Of a DNA stretch of 64,000 nt, positions 1 to 13,424 are shown one piece after another. The position numbers and the translations under genes were made by a program. The notes beneath the pieces are model-generated. The model saw only the letters and a program-made list of their open reading frames with translations, made no database searches and had not been told where the DNA came from. Source of the stretch: Felis catus (Eukaryota); assembly GCF_018350175.1 (NCBI RefSeq), contig NC_058368.1, forward strand, positions 73,100,001 through 73,164,000, written 5' to 3'. Positions within the stretch are counted from its first letter, which is position 1; every line of letters starts with the position of its first letter.

Positions 1-89
1 CGTGCAGCCGGGATGCCCTCGCAGACTGCCCATGCAATGGATATCTGCTCCCCCCCATACAGGCCCCCCGTTTTATTTATGCAAGTTGG

Positions 90-570
90 CCTTGTTATTC
101 TAATTATGTAATTTAATTATTTTTGAAATCACAAGCATAATTGCAAAAGAGAGAGTTGCTATTTCTGTGAAAAAAAATAGATTGAATGATTTGAAAAAAC
201 TTGATAAAGGCAAATGGCTAAAAATACTCCTTTGAATATGGGTGTTCTTGTACCATAAAAGATTGGAAGAAAATGTCATGAAAATCAAGAAAGATTCTGC
301 ACTCAGATTGCTTACATCCTTCAAGTTCTGCTCCACTTAAAGACACCAAAATTAGAAATCAGAGATCATGGGTGTGATTTCTACAAGAACTCAAATCAGT
401 TCAACCACAATCAAAGAAACCCCATGGGGGTCAAAGTACTGGTGAATGAGCATTAACATAAAGTGAAATGTTGAAGGCACATGTGTATCATTTTTAATAA
501 TTGCCCTGTTTTATTGCTTTTTTCATTAACTTATCTTTTCAATTAACCAATTACTACTGATCCCAACTGA
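90..570 (+). mobile_element. Ancient Tigger/pogo-like (TcMar) DNA transposon fossil
   Basis: A decayed frame near 182-223 reads LNDLKKLDKGKWLK, resembling the N-terminal HTH of Tigger/CENP-B-type transposases. Surrounding sequence resembles old mammalian Tigger elements from memory. Ends approximate. Confidence 0.6.
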
Positions 571-2299
571 CTATCCAAGCCATTCTACTGAAGATGATTT
601 TTACTTTCATCTTTTATGCCTTAATATTTTACAGCACATTTTCAGCTTTCCTTTAACTGGTAAGTTCAGGTTTTTATTTTGCACTGTTTTATAATGAGCC
701 CATTGCACAATTCTGTCACCTTCCCCCCCTCCCACCCGTGGACTCCAGACACAAGGGCAATTGCCTAATTATGCTGTGCTGCTCTAAGAAGCACAGTCGT
801 TAAAGCGCCTTCTTAGGGGAATGATGTAAAAGTGCCAAGGGAAAACTAAAGACAAAATCCCCAAGAAAAAGAAGCTTATTTTTTTTAATATAAATTCAGT
901 GTCTGGGAAAACAATATCATTTCCTCTAAGTGAGTCTGTTTTCAAAGAACTCTAAGTAAGAGTCAAGCAGAGTACTGATTAAATGTGACATGCTTCTCTC
1001 TTGGCTTCTAGATGATAAATTCTGCACCAGATGATGACACTGGATGTGAATCTGTTTCTCATATCGTGCTGAGAACAAGATCACTAAGACATACTTTACC
1101 TTTCCCAACAGAATCCATCTTTTCAACGATGGTGACAAAGCTGTTTCTTCCTACGTCAGTAGAAAACTCATTCTGATCAAAGTTGAATAGTACCAAGGGG
1201 TTAGAATTTTCTAAGTAAAAGAACAGCAAGATGCCCTAAGGACACAAAGAATGGAATTAAATGGTTATTTTCAAATTCAGCTATTCACCAAGTACATATT
1301 AAAAATTAGTGTGGTCCTGTCTGGAATATGCTTCAGAGGAGTAATTTTAAAAATAGGACGTTTGTAAGAATACAGTTGAGAAAGAAATTGAGGAGTTGAG
1401 ATGGATGCGAACTATCCCTTAGGAATATAAAGCAGTGCCGAACATCCAGAAATCAATGCTTCTTGGGATTAAGAATTGTGCAAGTTTAAAGGTTAGGATT
1501 TTCAGCACGCACATAGGTTCGGTTGGACTTTTTATATTTCCATTATGAGCACTGTTGCCATAAATACTGGCAGGCAAGTAGACAAGAGATCAAGAGGAAA
1601 ATCAAACAGGAAAAGGACTATTGAGGCTTTCTGGACTTCAACCCATGACCTCCTGTCTCTCCCAGTTTAGAGGAGGGGATGGACAGGGGAGCAGAAACTC
1701 AGTGGTAAAGACGCTGGGTGGGGGAGGGGGTTCTCCAGGAAGCAGAGCGACAGGAAGGCCAAGGTTCCTCAATTCTTTCCTCTTCTTTGCCTCCCACAAG
1801 AATTAACCTTGAGACTCAAAGCACAACACAAAAGGGAAAGAAGCCAATGAGATGAGCTGGGCAACATAGCAGAAGCTCCCAAAGACCGAGGGAGGTCAGA
1901 TTTTGAGAACTCATGTGCTAGAGTAACACACAATGTGAGCACCCCCCAATAACATTGTAGAACACCAGAGGGAAAATGAATCCAGAAGCCAAACACAAAA
2001 ATCCAATAAACTTTAAAAGCTCGCGAATCTGATCCCCAAACAAACTGCTGTTTGCCTAGGTATTCCATCTTTCAAGTGCCTGAAATTAAAATTTATTAAC
2101 GGATATTGTTAAGGTTACCTATTCTACCTTTAGAACATACGTCTATCTCCTGCTACATTCTCATAGAATGTCAAATCTGCCGTGTGAGGAAAACACAAAC
2201 TTTTAATCAAAAGCAGAATCATACACGTAAAGGAGACCGCGCTGTTTTATAAACGCAGCAACGAAGAGCAGCCTTCGCTTCACAGCCTGGCTCATAACT

Positions 2300-2750
2300 C
2301 AACTCTCCCCCCAAGCTTCTCTGTTGGTTCCTCACATCCTTCTTCCCTGCACCTAAACTTACAGCAGCAGCATGTATATTCTCTGCCTTCTCACCTAATT
2401 GCCACTGGATGCTTCCGTACAGGTGTCTGCATGGCATGCATCATCTAAACCAGCATCTTTCCCCAGACTCTGTAGTCCTCTTCTTTTCCCTAAATGAGGG
2501 AAGTCAGCATCATCTGCTCAGGATCAAAACTTCCATATGATCTTCCATCACCCTCCCGCCCTGACCTCCCACATGTGGTCAGCCACAAAAATCTGCCCAC
2601 TCTGTCTCCACACCAATTCTAGCTCACAGCCCCATTTGATTTTGAACCTCATGATAATAAAAGTTTTAAGTTTTATCTGTTTTCCATCGCCGTAGCCCCA
2701 GCACCTAGTACAGCACCACACACCCGAAGATACACGTTACATATTTGTTA
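2300..2750 (+). mobile_element. L2 LINE fragment
   Basis: Pyrimidine-rich L2-like body ending in the typical 3' end (cccagcacctagtacagcacc...atatttgttaa). Confidence 0.6.
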
Positions 2751-3719
2751 ACTAAAGTTATATAGTACTAGACCTCAAGACAATACTTTTAGTTCAGTTT
2801 TAGTCTTTTATGCTGGCCACAGTCACATACAGGATATTTTTTAAGAGATCCTTTGCCAATCACTCTGACATAACAGCTTTTATATTCTACATTCTCCTCC
2901 TGACTCCACCAATCCCCTACCAACGTGCACACACATGCAAACACATAAACACATAACTGTAACAAACACATAATGTAACTGTAACAAAATTTCAAATTGA
3001 TAACTATTGTCAATATAATATTTTCAAAAGAAAAAGGTGACTGCCTTTCCTTTTTTATCTTCTAGGCTTTCCTCAAAATAAAATAGAAAACTGGCAAGCG
3101 TTAGGTCACTTTGACTAAATGTACACAGGTCAAATCAAACAGTTCTAGCCAAATACCTTATTGAAATATTTCATCTCTTCCATCTACTTAATTGACAAAA
3201 TAACCATGTTGTCAAAAGTTTAATTTACCTCAGCCATGCTGATACATCTATAATCTAAAGTAGCACTTTGGAGCAGAATAGTTCCTTATACATATTTATA
3301 TGGAGCTGGCTTTTCAAAAAGAATTCTCAATAAAATTTCACATAATGTAACTGATATATAATGACTAGGAAAAATATGAAAACACAGTCCAATTGACAGT
3401 TATGGATTTCCTACCTTGGACAAGAAAACTGCTACAGAGTAGATTGAAAACATCAAAGAATGAGACAGGGGCTCACGAGGAAATGGGGGAGGCAGCGATA
3501 AATAGAAATTCATAGGGAAGGTAGGTTAGAGTCAATGGCAAATGGAAACAGAGAAGGCTCTGATTTCTAAGCTTCCCTCTTCCGTCCTCCTGCCCGACAC
3601 CTTGCCTTTCCCACTTCGATTCCATAGTGGGTTGTCAGTGTTTCCCTTCCCTACCTTACCCCCTCTTGCTTTGACTTTTGAGCCAAAACCCACTCTACAC
3701 CTGTGCCCGTGGAGCTGCA

Positions 3720-5470
3720 CATAATGGAGAGACACATGCACTTACCCCGACACACTCCCGTTATGGCCCATGACTGCTGACCTCGAGTGGGTTGCTAGTG
3801 CAATCTTACAATAGTCCCAGGAGATTCTTTCATACTTCTTTTCTTCTCAAAATTCCGGCACTCTTCCCCCCCACCTTTCCCCTCAGCGAATGGCTTTACT
3901 TGTGATGTCACAGAGAAACCATCAGGAAGAGGACTACACGTTCCCGCCACCGTGTCTTCCAACCACCTGCACATGTGCCCAGACAGCCTGTCCTCCTTCC
4001 TGCTACTTTTGTTGAAATGTCCAACCTTTGACACAAACCCTGCCACCGACATCCCAGACCCTTTCTCATAGTGCCTGTTCAAGAGCATTGCCGTTGCAAG
4101 TTTTCTCCTGGAGTACCCTCTACTTCCTTGCCAGCTCATAGAGAATTAAAAAACCTTTGAAAATATGATATCTAGCACTTTTCATTGTTTTCTGCAGAAG
4201 ATCTAAGGGAGTGCCTGGCTCACCATGTTGCAAATATATTGATGGCTAATTCTCAGTCATCATCTCACCTGATGTAACAGCCCTCAATATAATTGATCTC
4301 TGTCTCTTCCTCCATGTGGCCTCAGGAATCCAGCTTTCTTAGTTCTCCTTCCTATCAGAGGCTCTTTCTCAAATGTGTGTTTTACAAACATGGGCTCATC
4401 CTCACTGCCTTCCTCTTCCCCTTCTACACAGATTCCCCAGCTGTGAATTCAATCAGCTACTTACAACCCCCAAACAGAAGCCCCCCCACCAACACTGCCC
4501 CCTGAATTCCAGACTCAGAGATGCAATTCTACTCACCACCTCCCCTTAAATGTCTCCCAAAAGCTTTTCAAACTACGCAGGTCTGAAACCACACTGGTGA
4601 TCCCAGCCGCCAGGCAATCCTTCCACAAACTTCCCCATCCCAGTAAATAGCCCCATCCCTCCAGTTGCTTAGTACAAAAAACTTGAGTTCTCCCCGACTC
4701 CTGTCAACTCTACTTTCAATACACTTCCAGAATCTGCTCTTTTTTCTACACCTTCCACCAAAACCTCCCTCATTCAAGCAACCATTATTTTGTACCTAAG
4801 CCATCTTATTAATACGCATCACATTTAAACACTGGCCCCCAGTCTATTCCAACACAGCAGCTAGAGTGATCCTTATAAAATGTAGATCAGATCATGTTAC
4901 TCCTTTATTTAAAATCCTCCAATTTCTTCCTTTCCCCCTAGGATTTAAAGGCAAACTCTTCACTATGACCTACAGAACCCTAAATGAGTTGATCACCAGC
5001 TGCCTCTCCGACATCATCCTCACCACTGATTTACCTACTCTGCTTCATCTGAAGCGGACCCCTATGTTTACCAATGTGCCAAGCATGCTTCTGCCTCAGG
5101 ACCTTTGCACTTGCTTCTCTCTGCTTAGAATGTCTTCCCAGATACCTGCACAAACTCTTTCGTTCACTCTTTCAGCTCTCTGGGCAAGTGTCATTGAGGA
5201 TGTCTGTGACGATCCTGTATAAAATAGAATCCCCCAACCCCCGCCCCCAGACATAGCACTTGCTTTTATCCTTCTCTGATTTTCATTATAGAGTTTTTCA
5301 CAATCTTACATACTTCATATTTATATTTTTGTGCTTACTTTATAGTGCTTACTAAGCACCACACCGTAAGGATAGGGATCTCAGCCATTTAATTCACTTG
5401 TGTTCCCCAGAATCCAAAAACATACCTGGCAGATAAAAGCCAATAAATAGTTATTGAATAAGTGCATGAA
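3720..5470 (+). mobile_element. Long L2 LINE 3' portion
   Basis: Characteristic L2 motifs (cagctagagtgatccttataaaatgtagatcagatcatgttactcct; ctgcctcaggacctttgcacttgct) and 3' end caataaatagttattgaataagtgcatgaa. Confidence 0.8.
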
Positions 5471-5497
5471 TTGAATTTTAAGAAGGATATTTATATG

Positions 5498-5740
5498 AAT
5501 AATAGGAGCTAACATTTAGTAAGTGTCTCCTAGCAGGCATACTGAGTGCTTTACATGTACGGCCTTACTAAATCCTCACAACAGTCTTTGAGGTAGATTC
5601 TTTAAATCCCCAATTCCAATTTTACAGATGAGGAAATAGAGGCTTAGAGAGGTCAAATAACTCACTCAAACTCCCAGAGCCACTACGTGGTAGACTCGAG
5701 ACTGTTTCTTGAGCCTGATTGACTCCACAGCCCATTGCGT
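5498..5740 (-). mobile_element. MIR SINE
   Basis: MIR core in antisense: tttacagatgaggaaatagaggcttagagaggtcaaataact. Confidence 0.85.
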
Positions 5741-6527
5741 TTCTAAATTGACTCCACACATCTCATAGCTGTGTTGCTGGGATGAATCTCAATAATGACC
5801 TGAGTGTGCTATAAACACAATAAATGTCAGCACTTAGTGTCACCAAAAAATCAAACACTACACAGTAGGTAAAACACTAAATGATAACTTACCAGATTCA
5901 AATAGCTATGTAGATTGCACCACGTTTTCCAACAGAGATTTTAGACATTTAGTATAACTTCACTGCCTTGTTAAATGGAGAGACGCCACCACTGTAACGT
6001 TGGAATTAGCATAGCTTCGCTTTAGCTCCCAAAAGCTACTTGCTTTTTGTTGATGCTAACATTTAAGTTGTTAAACTCTATTTGCCAAGGTGCTACTGAA
6101 CCCAATTCTCCAGCATCACATGCACAAACCAGGGAAAACAATTAGATTAAATACCTTCGCTGGGATAAAGAGCAAAGTGTACCTCTTGCCCTCCTCTCCA
6201 AGACCCATTCTCCCCAGGACCTGTCTTCTCACCTAACCCCACAAATCCTCTCACTCAAAGGAGGCAGTTGCCCTGAGATGTGCTTGGTTCAACACCTACT
6301 CTTTTCTGGACTTACCTCCATGACCCAGATTCCCGCTGCTACTCGGATTCTGAATCCAGTCCTACTATCTCCAGTACCATTAAACCTACGTTCTCTTAAC
6401 TCCTGATGTTTACCTTAGCTGGGTTCTCAATTCAAGCCTTAATAAACAGAAATTATTTTTTTCTAAGGATGCAGAATCAGCAGCTACACATCCAGATAGG
6501 CTTAGGGAATGAGAAAGAAGAATAAGT

Positions 6528-7020
6528 GTGTGACAGCTGGCCTCCACGAGGACCCCAGTGATCTCGCCTCTGCATATTCATTCTTTTAAAGCTCCTTCCC
6601 ATTTTTAATAGGGCAGACCTGTGTGGCTGGGGCTAGGTCCTGAAGGAAATTATAGGGTCTGCCTTATACTCGTAGACCACTCTTTCTGGAGGACACCCAG
6701 CAATCGTGTCAGGAAAACACTAAGGCAGCCCTGAGAAGTCAAGGTAGGAAGGGCTTATCAACGGCCAGCACCAGCTTGTCACCCACATGCATGAGCCATC
6801 TCGAAAGAGGATTCTTCAGACCCAGTCAGCTTTCAGATCACGGCATCTGCAGCCAATATCTCCACTGCAACCCCTCGAAAGACCCTGAGCGACTACTACC
6901 CAGCCAAGACACTCCTGAGCTCTTGACCCACAGAACCTGTGTGAAATGACAAATGTTCATTCTTCTTTCAAGTCGCGGAGTTGCAGGTAATTTGTTATAC
7001 AAGAAACTATGACTGAAACA
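6528..7020 (+). mobile_element. MaLR solo LTR (MLT1F-like)
   Basis: Starts tgtgacagctggcctcc...cccagtgatctcgcctc and ends gtaatttgttatacaagaaactatgactgaaaca, matching MLT1 termini. Confidence 0.75.
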
Positions 7021-7778
7021 ACATGCATGCAAAATCTATTTGTAAGAAAAGTAAGCCTAGAAAGTCATGAGCTGTACAAAAAGAAAAACTGTGTATAAAT
7101 TCAACCCACCATTCAAATATATGTGGTATATCAGACAGATATAATGTCTTTTTACAAAGCTTAGAGTTTTGATTATGGGTTATTTTTTTTACAAAAAGAA
7201 AGCTATTAGCTGACTTTTCCTGACCTTTAGTATAGTCTTAAATGTCAGAATTTCAGTAAATGTGCGTAATAACACAAATATCTTCAACTATAGAAAATAG
7301 AGCTCTAAAGACTTTGAACTTTGAACTCTGAGAAACATTAAGAACCATTATTTTCTGATATTAATGCAATGACTCTTTTTAAAAATATAATAATAATCAA
7401 CCGAATTTAGATGGTCTAGGACAGAAACAAGATTAAAGACAATGCCAGGCCATAACTATGAAGAAAATACCAATATCAGGACCAAGAGAGAAACATGCAC
7501 CCTAAGGCTGAAAATTTGGTGTTAATACCAGAATTGCATTGTAATTAATTAATTCTAATGGCTTACTTATACTTTTTATATAAATATATTTGTTTTGGGA
7601 AACTAATTAGAAATCTAAACATAAGTCATTCTGTATATGATATCAGTCATTCTCAACTAACCCTTCTGTTGCCTGAGTTACAAGACTGATGCTCCTTGGA
7701 CTAATGTTAAAAAGAGTGACCTCAACCAGGTGAACTCAAATTGCCAACTGCAGACAATATTAAGATATTCAAGTAAGT

Positions 7779-7995
7779 GGGGTGTCTGGGTGGCTCAGTC
7801 GGTTGAATGTTCAACTTTGGCTCAGGTCATGATCTCATGGCTCATGGGTTCAAGCCCCGCATCAGGCTCTGTGCTAACAGCTCAGAGCCTGGAGCCTGCT
7901 TTGTATTCTGTGTCTCCCTCTCTCTCTCTTCCCCTTCCTGCTCATACTCTCTCTTTCTCAAAAATAAATAAATGTTTAAAAATTTTTTAAAAAAT
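7779..7995 (+). mobile_element. Can-SINE (SINEC_Fc type)
   Basis: tRNA-like head ggggtgtctgggtggctcagtcggtt, (CT)n tract, A-rich tail, TSD gatattcaagtaa on both sides. Confidence 0.97.
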
Positions 7996-9019
7996 GATAT
8001 TCAAGTAAACAGATGAAATGATGTACATATAGAGGCACCTAATATTGCCAGTATTTACTCTGACCATGATACATCATACATTACAGGAAAAAAACCTGTT
8101 ATAACTCTGAAATTGAAGACAGAATACCTGAAACAATATTTGGCTTCCATTTTGAAGTTCTGGAAAAGCATTTCATAGATAAGAGTTAAATCATTTCAAT
8201 GGCTTCTCTTGCCCTCAAATAAAGCACTTAGCATTCATCTCTTCATGGGAATATACCACTCATTTTGTTAGATGTATCACTTGATGATTCCTTAGAAATT
8301 AGGCTGCAGACCCCTGGGGTGCCAGAACTGTGTCTATTAATGTCTCTGCCTCTGGTCCCAAGTTTTACATCCTGTGTTTGGTCAATAGATAATGGTTATG
8401 TGACAGATTAGAAAAATCCTACTCTTCTAACCAGCTCACAGAATATGACCCACACATTTTCCCTACTTACCTTCTGACAGCCACTGTATTTGGCACCAAG
8501 GACACAAAGGAGTTTAAGGAACCATCCTGGGGATGAAGGTGCTCAGAGCGCAGCAGGAGACCCAGACGTGTACATAGACCACTGCCAGGGAAAACATGTC
8601 ACAACTGGGGGAACACAGATGATGGAAGCTAAGACAGAGAAGAATCCTAAATGCTCAAGAGAAATAAGGAATAGACAGGCTGAACAGAGCACTGCAAAAA
8701 AGGACATGATGGAACAATGACCTTTGATCTTGACCTTTAAGCAGAAGGGCTCCTGATGGATAGTTGACTTTTGAAAAGGCAAGAGTAGACAGTATGCCAC
8801 AAACCTGAAGCTTCTATGAAATTAGACTATGTGCTAGAAATGTCTCTAAAAGAGTAAGCATCAGATAAGTGTGTCTCTAAGGCCCCATAAGACCAAAAGA
8901 ATGAAGAAAGAAATTAGCATGTTTTCTGGCAAGGTATTAAACAATGAAATTTGGAGCTCATGCTATACTTACTTTGAACTCTGCATAATTAATGAGGTCT
9001 TCTTTTTATGTGTTTTAAC

Positions 9020-9427
9020 TGTAGTATCCAGAATAATGCCTCCCCACCCCAAAGATGCCTACATCCTAATCCTTGGAATTTATGCATATGTTATCATACT
9101 TTGCAAAAAAAGACTTTGAAGATGGGATCAAGGTTAAGGACCTTGAGGAAAGGAGAATAGCCTGTATGATCCAGGTGGGCACAATCTAATTACATGTGTC
9201 CTTTAAAGTGGAGAATGTGGAGCGCCTGGGTGGCTCAGTCAGTTAACATCTGACTTCGGCTCAGGTCATGATCTCGTGGATTGTGAGTTCAAGCCCCGCT
9301 TCAGGCTCTGTGCTGACAGCTCGGAGCCTAGAGCCTGCTTCGGATTCTGCATCTCTCCATCTCTTGGCCCCTCCCCTGCTCATGCTCTGCATCTCTCTGT
9401 CTCTCAGTAATAAATAAACATTTAAAA

Positions 9428-9466
<39 letters not shown>

Positions 9467-9938
9467 GGTGGAGAATGTAACCTGGCTGTGGTCAGAGAAA
9501 TGGCGGCACAAAATGGCATCTGGTACTCTGCCACTAGATGTGAGATATAACCAGCTCCACGCAAGGAGGGAGAGAGGCCCTCACTTTGCAAGAACCCAAG
9601 TCCACAAAATTTAAAAACAAAAACAAAAACAAAACCCACACAAGCCACCACACCCACTGAGCCTTTAGACAACACCATCTATAAGAATCTCCAACATCAT
9701 GACTAAGTGCCAACAAGCAAGCGAAGACCCAGCTCCCACAACCACATGGAACTGAATCCTGCCAACACATGAGTGACCTCTGGGAAGGAATGCAGACCAC
9801 CGCCTCCTTGATTTTAGCTAGATGAGACCTTAGTCAGTAGGACTTCCAACCTACTGACTTGTAAGATATTAAACTTACATTGTTTTATACAACTAAGCTT
9901 GTGGTAATGTGTTACAGCAATAATAGAAAGCTAATACA
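9020..9938 (+). mobile_element. MaLR solo LTR (MLT1D/E-like), interrupted by a Can-SINE
   Basis: 5' tgtagtatccagaataatgcctcccc...aaagatgcctacatcctaatcc and 3' gttacagcaataatagaaagctaataca. Confidence 0.8.
9219..9464 (+). mobile_element. Can-SINE nested in MLT1 LTR
   Basis: Full SINE body, (AAAT)n tail, TSD aa(a/g)gtggagaatgt. Confidence 0.97.
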
Positions 9939-10149
9939 CCAACACATTCTCTTTTTGTCTTAAAGAGGGAGTAACAAATACAGACCTATAACCTGTCCCA
10001 CTAAAAACAAATACTGTTCAAGATACAGAAATGTTGATACAGTGATACCACTTAGTTTTATGGACCAGTTCTTCTAAAAGGAAAGAACAGATTAAAAAAA
10101 TAAGAAGAGCTACTATTTATTGAGTTAATATCAGGCACTAATTATTGTA

Positions 10150-10350
10150 CAAAATGCTCTATATAGCAAGAATAATCACTGATATTTTTTAATATGTGTG
10201 TATGTATGTCAGTAGGTGATAAGCATTGTCCTAAGCATTGTACATGTATTGATTCGTTTAATCTTCAATGAGGCAAATTCCATTATCATCCCCATTTTAC
10301 AGATGAGGGAATTGAGACACAAAGGATGTGAGTAATATGCTAAATTCATG
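10150..10350 (-). mobile_element. MIR SINE
   Basis: cattatcatccccattttacagatgagggaattgagacaca core. Confidence 0.8.
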
Positions 10351-12672
10351 CAGATGGTCATCACTTAATCCCCAGAGCAGCTCTCTAATATCAGTGAGCA
10401 TTTATCAGGAGCATGCTGGGTTCAGGCACCAGGCCATGCAGCTCCCATTCATTCTCACACGGTTGCCCCAACAGCACCCTGTTTGGCAGACGAGTAACCC
10501 GCAACTTAACAAAGGCTCAATAACCCACTAGGCATCTTACAATGAACAAACAGCTGAGGTTGGAACTGACCCCGGAACAGAGCCTCTTAACCATCCAGTG
10601 TGTGCTAGAGAAGCCCAGTAAGTCTGGGCCAGCAGCATAAATGTACGGCTGGCTGCTCAAGGATGTCCTTTTCTGAACAATCTTCAGAAGAGTGTTTTAG
10701 TTAAAGCCTTTCCAAACACTTGAATCAAGCCAGATCTCTCCCGAAGGACACTCGAGATCCTCTCCGATGGCAGATGGTGGGCTTCATGTATGCCAAGTCA
10801 ACAACTGGGAATATTTGTATTTAACAACAATAACAAAAAGCTTCAGTCATTTTCCCACTTGTCATTCAATCCTGATTACAAAACTGATTCAATAAACATT
10901 TATTGAGTACCTACTATGTGAAAAACAGTATGATGAGCATTAAGAAACACCTGAACAGGTATAATTTATCTGAGTGTATTGATTCAACCTTATAATTTTG
11001 AAGAGAAGTTAAAGGAGCTTCAGTGATCTGTTGGGTGACAGCCAGGGCCCCAAAGAAACTTACAGGATATATCAGGGGAAATTCAACCAACTTCTCATAA
11101 TCTTCTAGAAAAGGCCAATGCAGTTATGTCAGAAAAAGAATCAGGCTGAAAGTCAGCAGAGCCAGGTCTTAAATGAATGACCTTGAACAAGTCATTTCTC
11201 TTATCCACCTCCGACTGTAAAATAAGAGGACTGGTCTATGAAATATCGAATATCTTCTTCGTTCTGACTTCTATTCTGGCACCAGAAGAACGTCTAGATT
11301 CAGGCAAGGTGCTGGACAGCAGGACAGGAGCAGACCTTGTACCTGGTGCCAGAGCCACTCACATACAAACTGGAGGGTTTCCTATGTATATATTAAAAAA
11401 AAAAAAAGACCCTGGAAAAAGAGCACTCCAAAGTATCAGCAAAAATGTAGTGAATTTTCCAAGACCTGAATAAAAATGGGACACCAGAAATAGTAACCCT
11501 GCTAAGTAAGTAACCTCAGATGTACTTGACATTTGGTTAATGGGATTTAAAGAAAAGTAAACAGGCACCCACACAAAAGTATGCATGCATATAATACACA
11601 CACATCCCCTCGCACATAAATGAGTGAGTGCTTCCCACTCTCTCGAGTGGAGCCATGAGCAGATCCGAGCATGGCCACGGAGCTATTACACAAGCGTGCT
11701 GCACTGCACCAAACTCCCTGAACACACAGCACGCCTAGAAATGCCACCACGTTTTCCTACGAGCACAAAGGAGGCCCTGGAACTCTTCCAAACCCGATGC
11801 TGTCGTCAGCTAGGTAAAGACATTTATTTAACCGGTTGAAATGACGGGACTACCGGCTGGGACTCAGCAGCTCAGGGAAAGGCAGCTTTTCAGCCCACTC
11901 TGCAGTACGGGAGAGCAAAGGGGGATTCTGCCTGGGTCCTGCTAGCAATCCAATGATGGAGAAAGTTGAATTTTACTGCCCATAGGTGATATTTCTTTAC
12001 ACCAAAGCATCGTGCAGTTTGGGGACAAAGCATGAATCACAAGAAGGTAAATTCAATAGTAAATGGCAGAAATGGGGAAGAGCAGTGAATGTTTAGCAAA
12101 CAGAATGCTGAAACCAGTGTTTCTATTGCAAAATTGCAGAAGTTGCAATAAAACTGTATATTCGCCCATTAAAGGGATGATATGAATGAAAATTCTACAG
12201 AATTAAATAATCATAAGCTTCTTAGAGCACAGATCTCAGTTCATTCCCCACTAAATGATGCCAGAGGCCTCTCTGAACCTTCATCATGCATTTGGCTTAG
12301 TCTTTGAATCTCAGTTACTGTTGAACCGGTTAAATGTGAATCCAGCATTCAATGGAAACCATCAATAAGGTCTTGACAACCTTCAATTTTTTCACCCACA
12401 CATAGATCTCTCTCACTAAATATACAGGGTGCTCTCTGCCTGCAACATCTCTGTGCGACCCTAAGTTTTCACTTCCCCAATTTAGAACTCATTTTCTTAC
12501 CCTATAAAATGAAAATTTGTTTCCTTCGAGTTCTATGATGATTATATTTAAATGGCATGGCTTTTAAGTGGGGAAACCATGGAAGGTTCAAATCTAATGA
12601 GTCCAGAAGATGAAAAGAAGGGGAAATGAGAGCATAGTTTTATTCTTGCCTGATTTAGTCCTGGCTAAAGTG

Positions 12673-12674
<2 letters not shown>

Positions 12675-12719
<45 letters not shown>
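12675..12719. repeat. (AC)n microsatellite
   Basis: Read directly. Confidence 0.99.
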
Positions 12720-12721
<2 letters not shown>

Positions 12722-13383
12722 TATACACCCTTTTCCCTTTCCTTACTTGGAGTCTTTTTGTTTTCTATTCTTTATTTGGATTGTCAGCTATTGAAAGTTA
12801 AGAATCCTAACAGACAGAATCCTAGAATTTGAACATCAGGAGTAACCTTGAAGAGTGCAAGAAATGAATTGAGCTAATAAATATTAGAGAAGAGAATTTA
12901 CTTTTTAAAATTAGAACCGAGTCTTTCCCCTTTGAGTCTGAGCCATGCTTCCCTATGTGCCTTTCTTGCCGCTGTCCTCAGAGTGTGTGCACATGAGGCA
13001 CAGGAGAGTGTCTTTCTGGGCCAGGAGATAGAGGGAGGCAAGGAATAAAACCTCCTGTCTTTCTCTGTTGTTCTCTTCAACTGCCAAGAAATACCTGCTT
13101 CCTCTGCCTTTGAGGTTACAAGCCCCCAAGTCCTGGTGAAGGAAGGTTGGTCTCCATCAGGCCTGAGGTTCCTTCTTTTAGGAGTTAACCAATCATTTGG
13201 GTCCAGATGCGAGACCAGATTGTTCCCCCTTGGGGGTGGGAAGTGACTGCCAGGGTTTCATCTTCAGGAGCTGAGAACTGCATCCAGGGCATGACCTAAT
13301 TCAAGCCTGTGTCCTTCTACTATGCCAGCATTACCTCTGTTGATATTACCAGCTGTGTCCCATATGGCCCACTTCCGTTCGTT

Positions 13384-13386
<3 letters not shown>

Positions 13387-13421
<35 letters not shown>
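13387..13421. repeat. (AC)n microsatellite
   Basis: Read directly. Confidence 0.99.

Positions 13422-13424
<3 letters not shown>

Noticed and set aside
4866..5222. 118-aa ORF
   Set aside because: Lies wholly within a decayed L2 element.
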